Part shown: piece by piece, positions 42,630 through 52,107 of the stretch
Numbering within the stretch: the stretch's first letter is position 1
How the letters are laid out: every line of letters starts with the position of its first letter
Source of the DNA: an uncultured virus (IMG/VR IMGVR_UViG_3300044953_000297)
Taxonomy: Duplodnaviria; Heunggongvirae; Uroviricota; Caudoviricetes
DNA length: 64,000 nt
Reading direction: 5' to 3' (one strand)
Virus record (IMG/VR): IMGVR_UViG_3300044953_000297
The notes under the pieces: model-generated
Database searches by the model: none
Told to the model about the DNA's origin: nothing
What the model saw: the letters and a program-made list of their open reading frames with translations, nothing else
Translations under genes and position numbers: made by a program

Positions 42630-43970
42630 TTAGACTAACTTGAGTTTTGGTAAAATAATTTGATTTTGTAGTTTACCACTGTCATTCAATGGTTTTAATT
42701 TTGGAAGAACAAATGTATTTTCTACTGCAAATTTAGGTACATATTTGTCTAATAAAGACCACAACTTTGTATCCATTGCCTGTAAGCTAAACTTTTCAGC
42801 ATTTTCAGCACGTAGATATTCAGCCTTTTGAATAACTTTATCATTATTTCTATTTTGATAGATATACTTTAGCTTGTCTTCAGCTAGTGAATAAGCTACT
42901 TTAAACCACTTACTTTCCTCTAAAATCCATTGATTTACTGATTTTTTATCAACATTTGATAAGTTTCCTGGCAATAAATTAGCGTATTGTGGATTCAAAT
43001 AATCTAAGTGACCACTCCAATTTGATGTTAATAATGGTTTACCACTTAATGTTGCCAATAACATTGGATGACCAAATCCTTCTCCATGAGTAAATGAAAC
43101 ATGAGCTATTATTTTTTCATGGTTAAATAACGCGTTCATTTCCATATCGTTTAACTCACCGTGTAACAAATATACATTTGGTGCATTTTCTCCAAAAAAA
43201 CCTCGTATACACTTGATTTTATCAAGGATTTCAAATCGATCAACTGTCGAATAGTTAGCGCCGTTTGTTTTAACAATTAAACAAGGACGATCGTGTTCTG
43301 GACTGTTTTTGAATGATGAACAAAAAGTTTTAATTAAATTTCCTATATTTTTTCTATCATTGTACAATCCACCATGTGTCCATTGACCAACAAATAGAAA
43401 CGCATAGTTTTCTTTTATTTTGGATAAGGCTTCTTCGATGGTATTCGATTTTTCATCTGTCTTTTTATAAACAGATGTATCCGCTCCCCAAAAACAAACC
43501 TCAATTGGTTTTTCAATTTGAACAGGTACCTGTTGACCATTTTCCAGTTTTTTAGTCATTTTTGTTTCTATAAATATTTTTTTAACATGGTTGGACAATC
43601 CAATTGTTAAATTCATTCTATTGACACCTTCTAACCAAGAACCAGGACATATGGTGGTTTCAATTCCAGCAGTCATACCGATATTGTATTTTCCAACAGG
43701 TTGAAACTCTTCTGGAATGGTTAATTGAATAAATAAATCTGGTTGTTTATTCAATTGGTTCTGAAGAAACTTTGAAGCAACAACTTTATCTTCGGGATCG
43801 GTCAAATCTTCCAAAAATCGTTTGCTTGGACAATTACCCCAACGAGTTGGTGCAATTTTAACATCGTATTTATCATAACGAATAATAGATTTGGCTACTG
43901 TTGTTGCCCAGTCTCCGTATCCGCTTCGGTTAAATACTGGTCCTGAAATTAAACATAATGGTTTGCTCAT
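42630..43970 (-). CDS. GT-B (family 4) glycosyltransferase
   Basis: SGYG, RKN, GEGFGHPMLLA..SGKP. Confidence 0.82.
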   Translation of the reverse strand: MSKPLCLISGPVFNRSGYGDWATTVAKSIIRYDKYDVKIAPTRWGNCPSKRFLEDLTDPEDKVVASKFLQNQLNKQPDLFIQLTIPEEFQPVGKYNIGMTAGIETTICPGSWLEGVNRMNLTIGLSNHVKKIFIETKMTKKLENGQQVPVQIEKPIEVCFWGADTSVYKKTDEKSNTIEEALSKIKENYAFLFVGQWTHGGLYNDRKNIGNLIKTFCSSFKNSPEHDRPCLIVKTNGANYSTVDRFEILDKIKCIRGFFGENAPNVYLLHGELNDMEMNALFNHEKIIAHVSFTHGEGFGHPMLLATLSGKPLLTSNWSGHLDYLNPQYANLLPGNLSNVDKKSVNQWILEESKWFKVAYSLAEDKLKYIYQNRNNDKVIQKAEYLRAENAEKFSLQAMDTKLWSLLDKYVPKFAVENTFVLPKLKPLNDSGKLQNQIILPKLKLV

Positions 43971-43971
43971 A

Positions 43972-44664
43972 TTAATTATTAAATTGTTTTGAATCTCTTT
44001 CTTGTACTAACTGTGTATATTTTTTTGATGGCGTAGGTACGCCTCCCACTTTATTATATAAAGCCTCCATCGTGGACATTTGTTTAGCCGCTACATCCGC
44101 TTTTTCAGACTTTTTACTATCCGTACTACCAAATCCACCATCTCCTCGATCAGTTGTATCTAATTCGTTAACCAAAACAAATTCCACATTTTCTACTTTG
44201 GTTACTTTGAGTTGACATACTTTATCACCTTTTTTATAGATTTTATCAGTGTTGTATGAACCCACAATTTTTTCTGTAAATATATTAAGATCCTCTGGCT
44301 GCCAGATATACTTGAATCTAAGCAATACTTCCCCACGATAATCAGCATCGATTAGTCCGATACAATTAGCTAGTACCAAATTATATTTACTTATACTACT
44401 ACGAGGAAACGCTAGAATATCATAATCTGTTAAATCTACACTAAATCCTGTATGAGATACTTGTTCTTTTTGGACGGCCATTTTCAGATTGGTCTTATAT
44501 TGAATATAATCAATTCTTTTATAAGAACCATCTTCACGTTGAATACCCACAATTTCCGGATCACTTGTAGTGACAACATCATATCCAGTTGCACGTTTTG
44601 TACCTTTTGTAGGTAAATTACTTACTTCTTCGTAAGTTTCATTTTTTAAAACTTGTATTTTCAT
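43972..44664 (-). CDS. dut: dUTPase (trimeric)
   Basis: ATGYD, PRSS, GLIDADYRGE, RGDGGFGST. Confidence 0.92.
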   Translation of the reverse strand: MKIQVLKNETYEEVSNLPTKGTKRATGYDVVTTSDPEIVGIQREDGSYKRIDYIQYKTNLKMAVQKEQVSHTGFSVDLTDYDILAFPRSSISKYNLVLANCIGLIDADYRGEVLLRFKYIWQPEDLNIFTEKIVGSYNTDKIYKKGDKVCQLKVTKVENVEFVLVNELDTTDRGDGGFGSTDSKKSEKADVAAKQMSTMEALYNKVGGVPTPSKKYTQLVQERDSKQFNN

Positions 44665-45626
44665 ACTATTTCATTTTTAATCTGTTCGATGTCTACCTTG
44701 TGCAGCTCAAATCCAAGTTTTCCTTGCGGTAGATTTTTAATATCGTACCCAATATTTGTGTATATGTCAAATTTTTTAACAGGTGTAAAGTTATTAATCG
44801 TAAAATCCATAGCTGTACTGAATTGATTACACATATTTTTACTATTAATTCCTCCTTCACTCATCGCCCACTTACGACCCTCAAATCCATATTTTTCTCG
44901 TTTTTCACTGCCTACGAGGTACCAATACATAATAGCGTCAGCTATGTCACTATAGTCTGTCAAGTCATCCATAATATATGGTGTTGGAGGACTGCCTTGA
45001 AGGTTTTGAACTTTGGTCCAAATAGGTTTTACCCAAACACCATGTTTCTTATATTTTGCAGTAACATTTGTACCGAATTCTAAATCAAATTCGACTGGAG
45101 AACCATCATCCTTAGTCATGCCTATTTGATCTTGTAGACCACCTGTAACAGTAGCTATAACAGGAGTACCGCACATTATACTTTCAGCAACACTCAATCC
45201 AAATCCTTCGTTTGAACTTATATTTGCGGTTACATCTGCTAAATTGTAGAATGCAACCATTTCTTCTGGAGTTCTACGAGATTCATCGATAACAATTTTA
45301 TACTCAGGACATACAGCTTGTACTGTGGCCGGAAGATCAGTTCCAGCTTCACATACTTTATCGGTGTGCATAATTAATGCACATTTTTTTGCTTCCTCTG
45401 GAGTTAATGAGGAACAAAATGATTTGAATGCCATTATTAAATTTGCAGGATGTTTACGATGTGCATTTCTACTATTAAATGCAATAATAAAATTGTATTC
45501 TCCGTCCCCTAGATATTCTTTTTTAATTTTATTGATAGACGAGTCACCTTTTGGAAGGGGCTTAAATTCGTCACTATTGATACCGTGCGGTACTAGATGT
45601 AATAGATGTTTTCCTTTTACTGGCAT
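44661..45626 (-). CDS. GT-B glycosyltransferase, C-terminal part
   Basis: VPHGI, RK, NEGFGLSVAESIMCGTPVI. Confidence 0.82.
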   Translation of the reverse strand: MPVKGKHLLHLVPHGINSDEFKPLPKGDSSINKIKKEYLGDGEYNFIIAFNSRNAHRKHPANLIMAFKSFCSSLTPEEAKKCALIMHTDKVCEAGTDLPATVQAVCPEYKIVIDESRRTPEEMVAFYNLADVTANISSNEGFGLSVAESIMCGTPVIATVTGGLQDQIGMTKDDGSPVEFDLEFGTNVTAKYKKHGVWVKPIWTKVQNLQGSPPTPYIMDDLTDYSDIADAIMYWYLVGSEKREKYGFEGRKWAMSEGGINSKNMCNQFSTAMDFTINNFTPVKKFDIYTNIGYDIKNLPQGKLGFELHKVDIEQIKNEIV

Positions 45627-45629
45627 AAA

Positions 45630-46222
45630 TTATCCTTTAATAATGTTTCCGTTGTTATCAAAATCACCATAGACACTGGTACAATTTTCTGGTCCCAATA
45701 CCCACTTATTTATATTATATGTTTGTTTGCTAATTGTAAACAATGCATCACAACTTTGATAGAATGGTTTATTCCACATTGGATACGGCAAATCGTCCCA
45801 AATATTTAAGTATGTTAATGGAATTTTACTGCGAATCTGATTTTCTACAGCATATAACCATCCCCAAAAACGAGGATCTGTAAAGTGAAGAATAGCATCT
45901 GGTTTTTCAATAGCCATAACTTGGAATAAAATTTCCTCGTCTCCATACCCGTCTACCGGATATAATTTAAGATAACAGTCGTTTCTGCCAGTCATTTTAT
46001 CACTGGCCTCTTTCATATCTACAATTTTACCTTTCTCAGGATGATTAATTGCACCCGCAATTTGTACCCAATCGTAGTGGTGTAGTGTGCCTAATACAAG
46101 TTCTCGACTCATAGTGGCTACACCAGAATGCATTCTCATTACAAATCGTCACTCAGAAGAAGAATTTTCTTCTTGTGACGATTTGCTGCCTCCTTAACAG
46201 CGATATTATCAATATTAATCAT
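45630..46222 (-). CDS. GT-B glycosyltransferase N-terminal part, interrupted by TTG-TAA-TG at 46137-46144
   Basis: MINIDN...KKKILLLSDDL* (46222-46139) then, in another frame, RMHSGVATMSRE...TDPRFW...WDD. Confidence 0.78.
46137..46186 (-). other. Candidate ribosomal bypass element 2 (long hairpin + TTG-TAA-TG)
   Basis: GCAAATCGTCAC/GTGACGATTTGT 12-bp stem plus AAGAAGA/TCTTCTT 7-bp stem, covering the TTG. Confidence 0.6.
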
Positions 46223-47218
46223 ATTATTTTATTTATTGTTCCGTCGTCATTAAAAATATAAATTTTATATTTAAACCCACACTGAATCGCAGCGTTTTGT
46301 TTTAATGACATATTTTTTTTTGTGTAAATTGTATGTATAAATTGATTTAACATCAATCAATAAATTATCGGATTTTATATAAAAATCTGGACAGTGAATT
46401 CTTTCTTTTTGATTCTCTATATATTTTATCTTTGGAATTAAAACTCTGTCATTTATAATTTCTGTTTCATTATATTCCGTTAATAAAAGATTCAAGCCAA
46501 ACGGCTCATATCCTTGACACTTTACATTTTTCCCAGATAGCAGTGTATAATTTTTCCATTTACATTTTATAGAATTTGAAAATTGCGGATTTTCAACTCC
46601 GTGAGTCTTTAATAAAGTACTTTTAGATTTTTCTTTCACACTATCCAACTGAAACCCATTTTTTACGCCATATTTTTTTAACATTGTCTGTTTATACGAC
46701 TCACTTCTTTTTTTAAGATTTTCGTGATTCCAAGATTTTTTGATAGACTCCGCATTTCTATTTACCCGAACATCGTTAGTTTTTGTCAATCCCACATTCC
46801 ACGATATAAATGATTTTCGTTTCTTATATTCTTCATTGTTTTTTATAAATAAAGATGAGTGAGTGTGAATGTAATCGTGAAATCCATCTTTTATATTTTT
46901 GAATGTAGATTTGGTATTACAACCACATTTACACAAAGGCGCAATATTATTGCAATAGTATTTTATGTAATAAGATTCTAAAGTTTCTTTATGTGTTTTT
47001 ATATGTCGTGACAAAGATTGTGAACCCTTTATATTTTTATTACAATTTTTACAAGTATATGTTATTATATTTGGATTTCTTTTCCCAATATTAGATGTTG
47101 GAAATTTATTAATATAATCTTCTAATGATATATTATGAATTCTTTTTAAATGAGAACCATTTAAACGGTCTTTCATATTTAGACCACACAATTCACATTT
47201 TATTAGACAATTACTCAT
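46219..47218 (-). CDS. Zinc-finger / PD-(D/E)XK homing endonuclease-like protein (frameshifted at A run ~46315)
   Basis: CxxC..H..H fingers, CKCGC, KYGVKN repeats, QGYE, PDFY...IDVKS; removing one A extends it to a TGA overlapping ATG 46222. Confidence 0.75.
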
Positions 47219-47358
47219 TTTTTAATGCTTCCGCTAATCTTTGTTAAAATTGCATTTTCCACAAATCTATTCATTTTGTAACCATTATCATCGCAGAACG
47301 ATTTTAATATTATTTTGAATTTTTTTGATATTTGTATAGACCATTTATCATCTTTCAT
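47215..47358 (-). CDS. Small ribbon-helix-helix-like protein (47 aa)
   Basis: MKDDKWSIQISKKFKIILKSFCDDNGYKMNRFVENAI...; ATGA overlap with endonuclease. Confidence 0.6.
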   Translation of the reverse strand: MKDDKWSIQISKKFKIILKSFCDDNGYKMNRFVENAILTKISGSIKK

Positions 47359-47384
47359 ATCTAATATATATTATATATCTAAGA

Positions 47385-47447
47385 TTAAATAAGAAAAATC
47401 TTACTTAAATCATCGTCACTTAATAAGAGTATTTTCTTTTTCTTCAT
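47385..47447 (-). pseudogene. Abandoned original 5' end of the GT-B gene
   Basis: MKKKKILLLSDDDLSKIFLI*, ATGA-coupled to upstream ORF; duplicates KKKILLLSDDL at 46142-46174. Confidence 0.75.
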
Positions 47448-47665
47448 TTATTAAATCCTCCAGATGATAATGAAAATGGAGCATTGTGACTTAGCTTAGT
47501 ACAAACACTCTCACTTATTTCGGTTTGAAAATCTGTATCTGTCAAATATTTTTCTAGACATTTATTTACAAAATCTTGAAAAGATATTTTACCTCGTATA
47601 TTAATTTCTTTGAATTGATTGTACAATTCTTGATTAAGTTTTACTGTTGTAACAAATTGATCCAT
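47444..47665 (-). CDS. Ribbon-helix-helix-like DNA-binding protein
   Basis: TTVKLNQELYNQFK...SFQDFVNKCLEKYL. Confidence 0.65.
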   Translation of the reverse strand: MDQFVTTVKLNQELYNQFKEINIRGKISFQDFVNKCLEKYLTDTDFQTEISESVCTKLSHNAPFSLSSGGFNK

Positions 47666-47707
47666 AACATATGTACATATACATATATTTACATATGTAC
47701 ATATGTT
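47666..47707. repeat. Tandem ACATATGT palindromic boxes with 15-bp inverted repeat (putative operator)
   Basis: AACATATGTACATAT...ATATGTACATATGTT directly upstream of the RHH start codon. Confidence 0.7.
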
Positions 47708-47715
47708 AATTATAT

Positions 47716-48603
47716 TTATAATTTGTCGGCTTTTGCGTCACAATTTTTCTTATAGTGAATGCAATACTTGCAGTTCTTCTTTCTATCACCTGGAATTTTT
47801 GGATAAGAATTATTAATATTATATGATCCATCTGAATTGAATCCGTGATCCAAGAATTGTATAAAGTTACCAATCGATTCTTTTATTACCGGTGAACTAC
47901 TTGCTGGTTTAAATATTTGTATACGACTTTGAGGAAACGCTGCAGTTTCAAATAATTTTCGTTTTACGATAAAAAATTCAACATCAATATTGGTTAGTGG
48001 AACATTAAATTTTTTACTATACACACTTTTATACAAATGCAGCTGTGCATATTTACTTTCATCTTCTTTTTGATATTTGTTCCAACCATTTGATGAAGTT
48101 TTAAAATCGATGATACGATAATTTTCTTTATTTTTTTCCTTGAGTACGATATCGATAAAACCAACAAACTCAACATTGTTTTTAATTGAGATTTCTAAAG
48201 GAATTTCAATGCCGATTAATTCGTATTGGTCGCTGGGAAAATGTTTAATTCTATTTGAAGACTTCAAAAATGTATCGATGATATCATGTCCATCAAATGT
48301 AAAATCTGTAAATTCTTGGCCGTCAAGATTTTTAATCTTTTTAGCTTCTTCTGTGAATTTATCCAAGAATAACTTTTTAACATCGAGTGAATCCGCAGCC
48401 GATACACTTTCTTTATATAACGCAGTTAAATATGTTTGAAATGCGTGATGTATCGCCGTACCAAATGTAGTGTGAATACTATCATCTCGTTCACGAAGAT
48501 TCTTTACATAGTCTAAGTACCATTTATGTGGACATTTCAAAAATGTCGAGTATTGACTAAAACTTACACGATTCTTTTTTATTTCTTGAGTCTCCATTTT
48601 CAT
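47716..48603 (-). CDS. PD-(D/E)XK (RecB/Cas4-like) nuclease
   Basis: SFSQ...CPHKW, FGTAIH, GFID, IDFKT, QLHLY, CKYC..C. Confidence 0.85.
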   Translation of the reverse strand: MKMETQEIKKNRVSFSQYSTFLKCPHKWYLDYVKNLRERDDSIHTTFGTAIHHAFQTYLTALYKESVSAADSLDVKKLFLDKFTEEAKKIKNLDGQEFTDFTFDGHDIIDTFLKSSNRIKHFPSDQYELIGIEIPLEISIKNNVEFVGFIDIVLKEKNKENYRIIDFKTSSNGWNKYQKEDESKYAQLHLYKSVYSKKFNVPLTNIDVEFFIVKRKLFETAAFPQSRIQIFKPASSSPVIKESIGNFIQFLDHGFNSDGSYNINNSYPKIPGDRKKNCKYCIHYKKNCDAKADKL

Positions 48604-48655
48604 ATGATACTCTATAATTAGAATCAGTCAATTTATAACAACTACTTATTAGTAT

Positions 48656-49393
48656 ATGAAGAAACTACTATTAATTTTATTAAGTTCATCCGTGTTAATT
48701 GCAAACGATTTATTTTTATATGAATCTGATAAAACGGCTGAAATTTCAGATGTTATCAATAACAAGCTTAATGTTCTAGAAAATATTACGGGCAAAACAT
48801 ATTCATTAAAAAATAATTTGAGTATAGTAAATAATACAAATGGAGTTAGTGTATACGTATTACCACATAGAATTATAGTTCAACAACAAGAATCTACATC
48901 CGCATACTTTACTGGAGATGATATTAAATACATTAATGATTTTAAATTACCTTCGGTGACACATGTTAAGGAGTCTATGTTTAATATGTCTATTAACGGA
49001 GAAATATATGTTGTGAGTGAATGTACTAATCAAAATATTATAGGTACATCTATGATAAACATATCTTTTGACAAAGCAAAATTGTTTATAAAATCTGGGG
49101 ATAAATACACACAGGTATACGTAGAAGAAGGTAACGTGTTGGTAACAGATGTTAAATCTTCCAAGAAGAAAAAAGAATTGAAATCCGGAGATTATTTAGT
49201 TGTAACTCCCCAGATTACATTAAGTCCAAAAGAAGGATCGTTAAAATCAAACGGAAATTCGTTTAGTATAAAAGAAGTAGATGAAGATGAATTAAAACTT
49301 CATAAAAATAATTTAACAAACGTCCAAGGTAAATTGGATAATACGCTGTTTGTAAATTATAACACAAATGTATTTGGTGTTAAATTAAAGTAA
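48656..49393 (+). CDS. Secreted protein, FecR-like beta domain
   Basis: Signal peptide; TQVYVEEGNVLV...ELKSG. Confidence 0.55.
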   Translation: MKKLLLILLSSSVLIANDLFLYESDKTAEISDVINNKLNVLENITGKTYSLKNNLSIVNNTNGVSVYVLPHRIIVQQQESTSAYFTGDDIKYINDFKLPSVTHVKESMFNMSINGEIYVVSECTNQNIIGTSMINISFDKAKLFIKSGDKYTQVYVEEGNVLVTDVKSSKKKKELKSGDYLVVTPQITLSPKEGSLKSNGNSFSIKEVDEDELKLHKNNLTNVQGKLDNTLFVNYNTNVFGVKLK

Positions 49394-49430
49394 TTATGGC
49401 TGCCACAATCCTATTCCACCATAGTGTTCT

Positions 49431-49631
49431 TTATATATTCCCATTGTATGCGGTGATGTAAAAAGTTCCACCTTTACATCCAATTTCTAATATATTGTTT
49501 GGTTTAAATGATGCTAAAAAATATGCCAATAAAGTAAATTCTTCTTTTACTTGTTGAATATAAGTACTTTTTATTATATATTCGTTCAACAACAAATAAT
49601 CAATTGTATTTTTAACTTTGTCTGTTATCAT
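49431..49631 (-). pseudogene. Truncated methyltransferase fragment
   Basis: QVKEEF...PNNILEIGCKGGT then stop at 66 aa. Confidence 0.6.
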
Positions 49632-49660
49632 AACATTTTAATGTAAATATATATTATGAA

Positions 49661-49888
49661 ATGAAACTAGAACAACTTAAATCATTATCTGAAGATGAAC
49701 TTGTTTTATTGTGGGGGTGCATTAATTTAGTTGAACCTAAAATTGTGCAATCTTATGATTTAGAACCGTCTTTATTTCCATCAATAAACCATAGAAAGTT
49801 AATGGATAAGCTTACTAATTGTAAAACTAAAATAAAAGAAGAACACCATGCACTTTTTGATGGACTTCTTAACAAGTTGCGTATATAA
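49661..49888 (+). CDS. Hypothetical protein
   Basis: 75-aa ORF upstream of polB. Confidence 0.55.
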   Translation: MKLEQLKSLSEDELVLLWGCINLVEPKIVQSYDLEPSLFPSINHRKLMDKLTNCKTKIKEEHHALFDGLLNKLRI

Positions 49889-49895
49889 TTTTATA

Positions 49896-51935
49896 ATGTA
49901 TCAAACTATCTTTATTTCTAAAAAAGACAATACTGTTCATCTATGGGACGATCAAAAAGGTTACATAAAGTTCCCATATCGACCATATGCTTATCGTAAG
50001 CGTACTGGTGGTATGTATCGCAGTATTTATGGAGATGAACTTGAAAAAGTTTATAAATTTAATCCCAAAGATCCTTCGCTATTTGAAAGTGACGTTCCAG
50101 ACACCACACGCGTCTTGATCGACGCATATGAAGATAGTGACGAACCTTCTACGGGTCATAGGTTAGTTTATTACGATATCGAAGTAAGTACTGAAGGTGG
50201 GTTTCCAAAGGTTGATGAAGCTGATAAGGAAATTACAGCTATTGCTTTGTACGATGCTACAACTGAACAATATACTGCATTTATTTTGGATAAGGATGAT
50301 CGTCTACAAGAATACAAGAAGGATAATGTAGAAGTACGTAGTTTTACAAATGAAGAAAGTTTGTTGAGTCATTTTCTAACTAAATGGGAAGAGATACAAC
50401 CAACTATTGCCACTGGATGGAATATTGATGAATTTGATACTCCTTATTTGTTTAATAGAATTAAACGGGTATTTGATGATCGTGAAGCCAAAAGACTTTC
50501 TCCCATCAAAGTTTGTTATAGAAACGATTGGAGTAAAAAGATAGTTGTAGCTGGTATATCATTTATTGACTACATGGTTTTGTACAAGAAGTGGAATATT
50601 AAACAAGAACCTAGTTATGCTTTGGGTGCGATTGGTAAGAAAGTTGTTGGGTTGGAGAAGATTACTTATAAAGGTAGTCTTGATGATTTGTATAAAGCTG
50701 ATATCAATCGTTATATTGAATATAATCTCAATGACGTTAAAATTATTGTTGCGTTGGAAAAAAAGCTTCAGTTTATTGAACAAGTTAGGGCTATATGTCA
50801 CAAAGGACACGTTCCGTATGATTGTTTTACGATGAGTTCACGTTTCATTGAAGGTGCAATTCTTATGTATCTTCGTCGTAAAGGACAAGTTGCTAAGAAT
50901 AAGCCCGTAGATGGACGTGAAGAATATGAAAATCAGATGGAACAAGGCGAAGAAGGATTTGAAGGTGCTTATGTAAAAGATCCTGTGCCTGGCCGGTATG
51001 ATTGGGTCTTTGACTTGGATCTTACTTCTATGTATCCAAATATTATTATTAGTTTGAATATTAGTCCCGAAACGAAAGTGGCAAAGGCTGAGAATTGGGA
51101 TCCAGAAAAGTTTATAAAGAATGAAGTGGAAACTGTTCAAGTTGGTAGTGCTTCTTATACAAAAGACGAATTTAAACAGTTGCTTGAAAAATCACAGTAT
51201 AGTATTGCTAGTAACGGTGTTATGTATAAACAAGATTATCAAGGCGTCATACCTGAAATTCTAGTCAAATGGTTCGATGAACGAAAAGAACTGCGAAAAC
51301 AAGCCAAGAAACACGGTGATGCAAAAGAATGGGAAAAGTATGAGTTCTACGATCAAAGACAAAAAGTACAAAAAGTACTTCTCAATTCAATTTATGGTGT
51401 ATTGGGTCTACCAATTTTCAGATTTTATGACAAGGATAATGCGAGCGCTGTTACTTTGACGGGTCAGGATATTATTAAAACTGCTAATAAAGCTATTAAT
51501 CAGTATTATAAGAGAACTCTCAACGAGACTGAGAATAAAGATTATGTTATATATGTAGACACAGATTCAGTTGCGTCTGATAGCTTAGTTAAGACCGATT
51601 TATATGGTGATATTAAAATTTGTGATTTATTTAATAATCTTTCGATGAATAAAGATGTTCAATATATTGAAGATATTCTTGGAAAAAAATTTATTTTTCC
51701 AAATAATTTGAAGATGCCTTATTACGATGAAACTGAAAAGATTGTAAAGTTTGGCAATGTAGATTATATAGAAAAACATAATGTTAAAAAAATTTCGTAT
51801 AAAATTAAAACCAAAACTGGAAAAAGTATTATCGTTACTGAGGATCATTCGGTTATGATTTTAGAAAATGACAAACTTGTTAAAAAACTTACAAAAGATT
51901 TAAAGAAAAACGATAAAATAATTTCGATTTGTTGA
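49896..51935 (+). CDS. Family B DNA polymerase N-terminal part + split intein N-fragment
   Basis: Exo DIE, GWN..FD, YNLND; DLTSMYP; K..LNSIYG; YVDTD followed by intein SVASDS at 51567. Confidence 0.93.
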   Translation: MYQTIFISKKDNTVHLWDDQKGYIKFPYRPYAYRKRTGGMYRSIYGDELEKVYKFNPKDPSLFESDVPDTTRVLIDAYEDSDEPSTGHRLVYYDIEVSTEGGFPKVDEADKEITAIALYDATTEQYTAFILDKDDRLQEYKKDNVEVRSFTNEESLLSHFLTKWEEIQPTIATGWNIDEFDTPYLFNRIKRVFDDREAKRLSPIKVCYRNDWSKKIVVAGISFIDYMVLYKKWNIKQEPSYALGAIGKKVVGLEKITYKGSLDDLYKADINRYIEYNLNDVKIIVALEKKLQFIEQVRAICHKGHVPYDCFTMSSRFIEGAILMYLRRKGQVAKNKPVDGREEYENQMEQGEEGFEGAYVKDPVPGRYDWVFDLDLTSMYPNIIISLNISPETKVAKAENWDPEKFIKNEVETVQVGSASYTKDEFKQLLEKSQYSIASNGVMYKQDYQGVIPEILVKWFDERKELRKQAKKHGDAKEWEKYEFYDQRQKVQKVLLNSIYGVLGLPIFRFYDKDNASAVTLTGQDIIKTANKAINQYYKRTLNETENKDYVIYVDTDSVASDSLVKTDLYGDIKICDLFNNLSMNKDVQYIEDILGKKFIFPNNLKMPYYDETEKIVKFGNVDYIEKHNVKKISYKIKTKTGKSIIVTEDHSVMILENDKLVKKLTKDLKKNDKIISIC

Positions 51936-52107
51936 AAGATATCAATAAATTAATAAATGAAACTTTTGACTATCTCATAAAATGAATTATATTATTGACG
52001 AAATTGAATCCGTAGAACCTTTAGGTGAAGTTCAAGAAGATTTTTACGACGTTGGTATGCGAGACACACCACATACATTTTTTGCTAATGATATTTTGGT
52101 TCATAAT
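51567..52107 (+). mobile_element. Split intein in PolB (IntN 122 aa, IntC 42 aa)
   Basis: Ser1, VTEDHS block B; FYDVGM..PHTFFANDILVHN/S. Confidence 0.92.

Noticed and set aside
46140..47410. Group I intron between the two SDD segments
   Set aside because: The interval is almost fully coding, with no recognisable P/Q/R/S core, and a second copy of the N-terminus is supplied.
47716..48603. CRISPR-Cas system around the Cas4-like nuclease
   Set aside because: No repeat-spacer array or other cas genes in the window.
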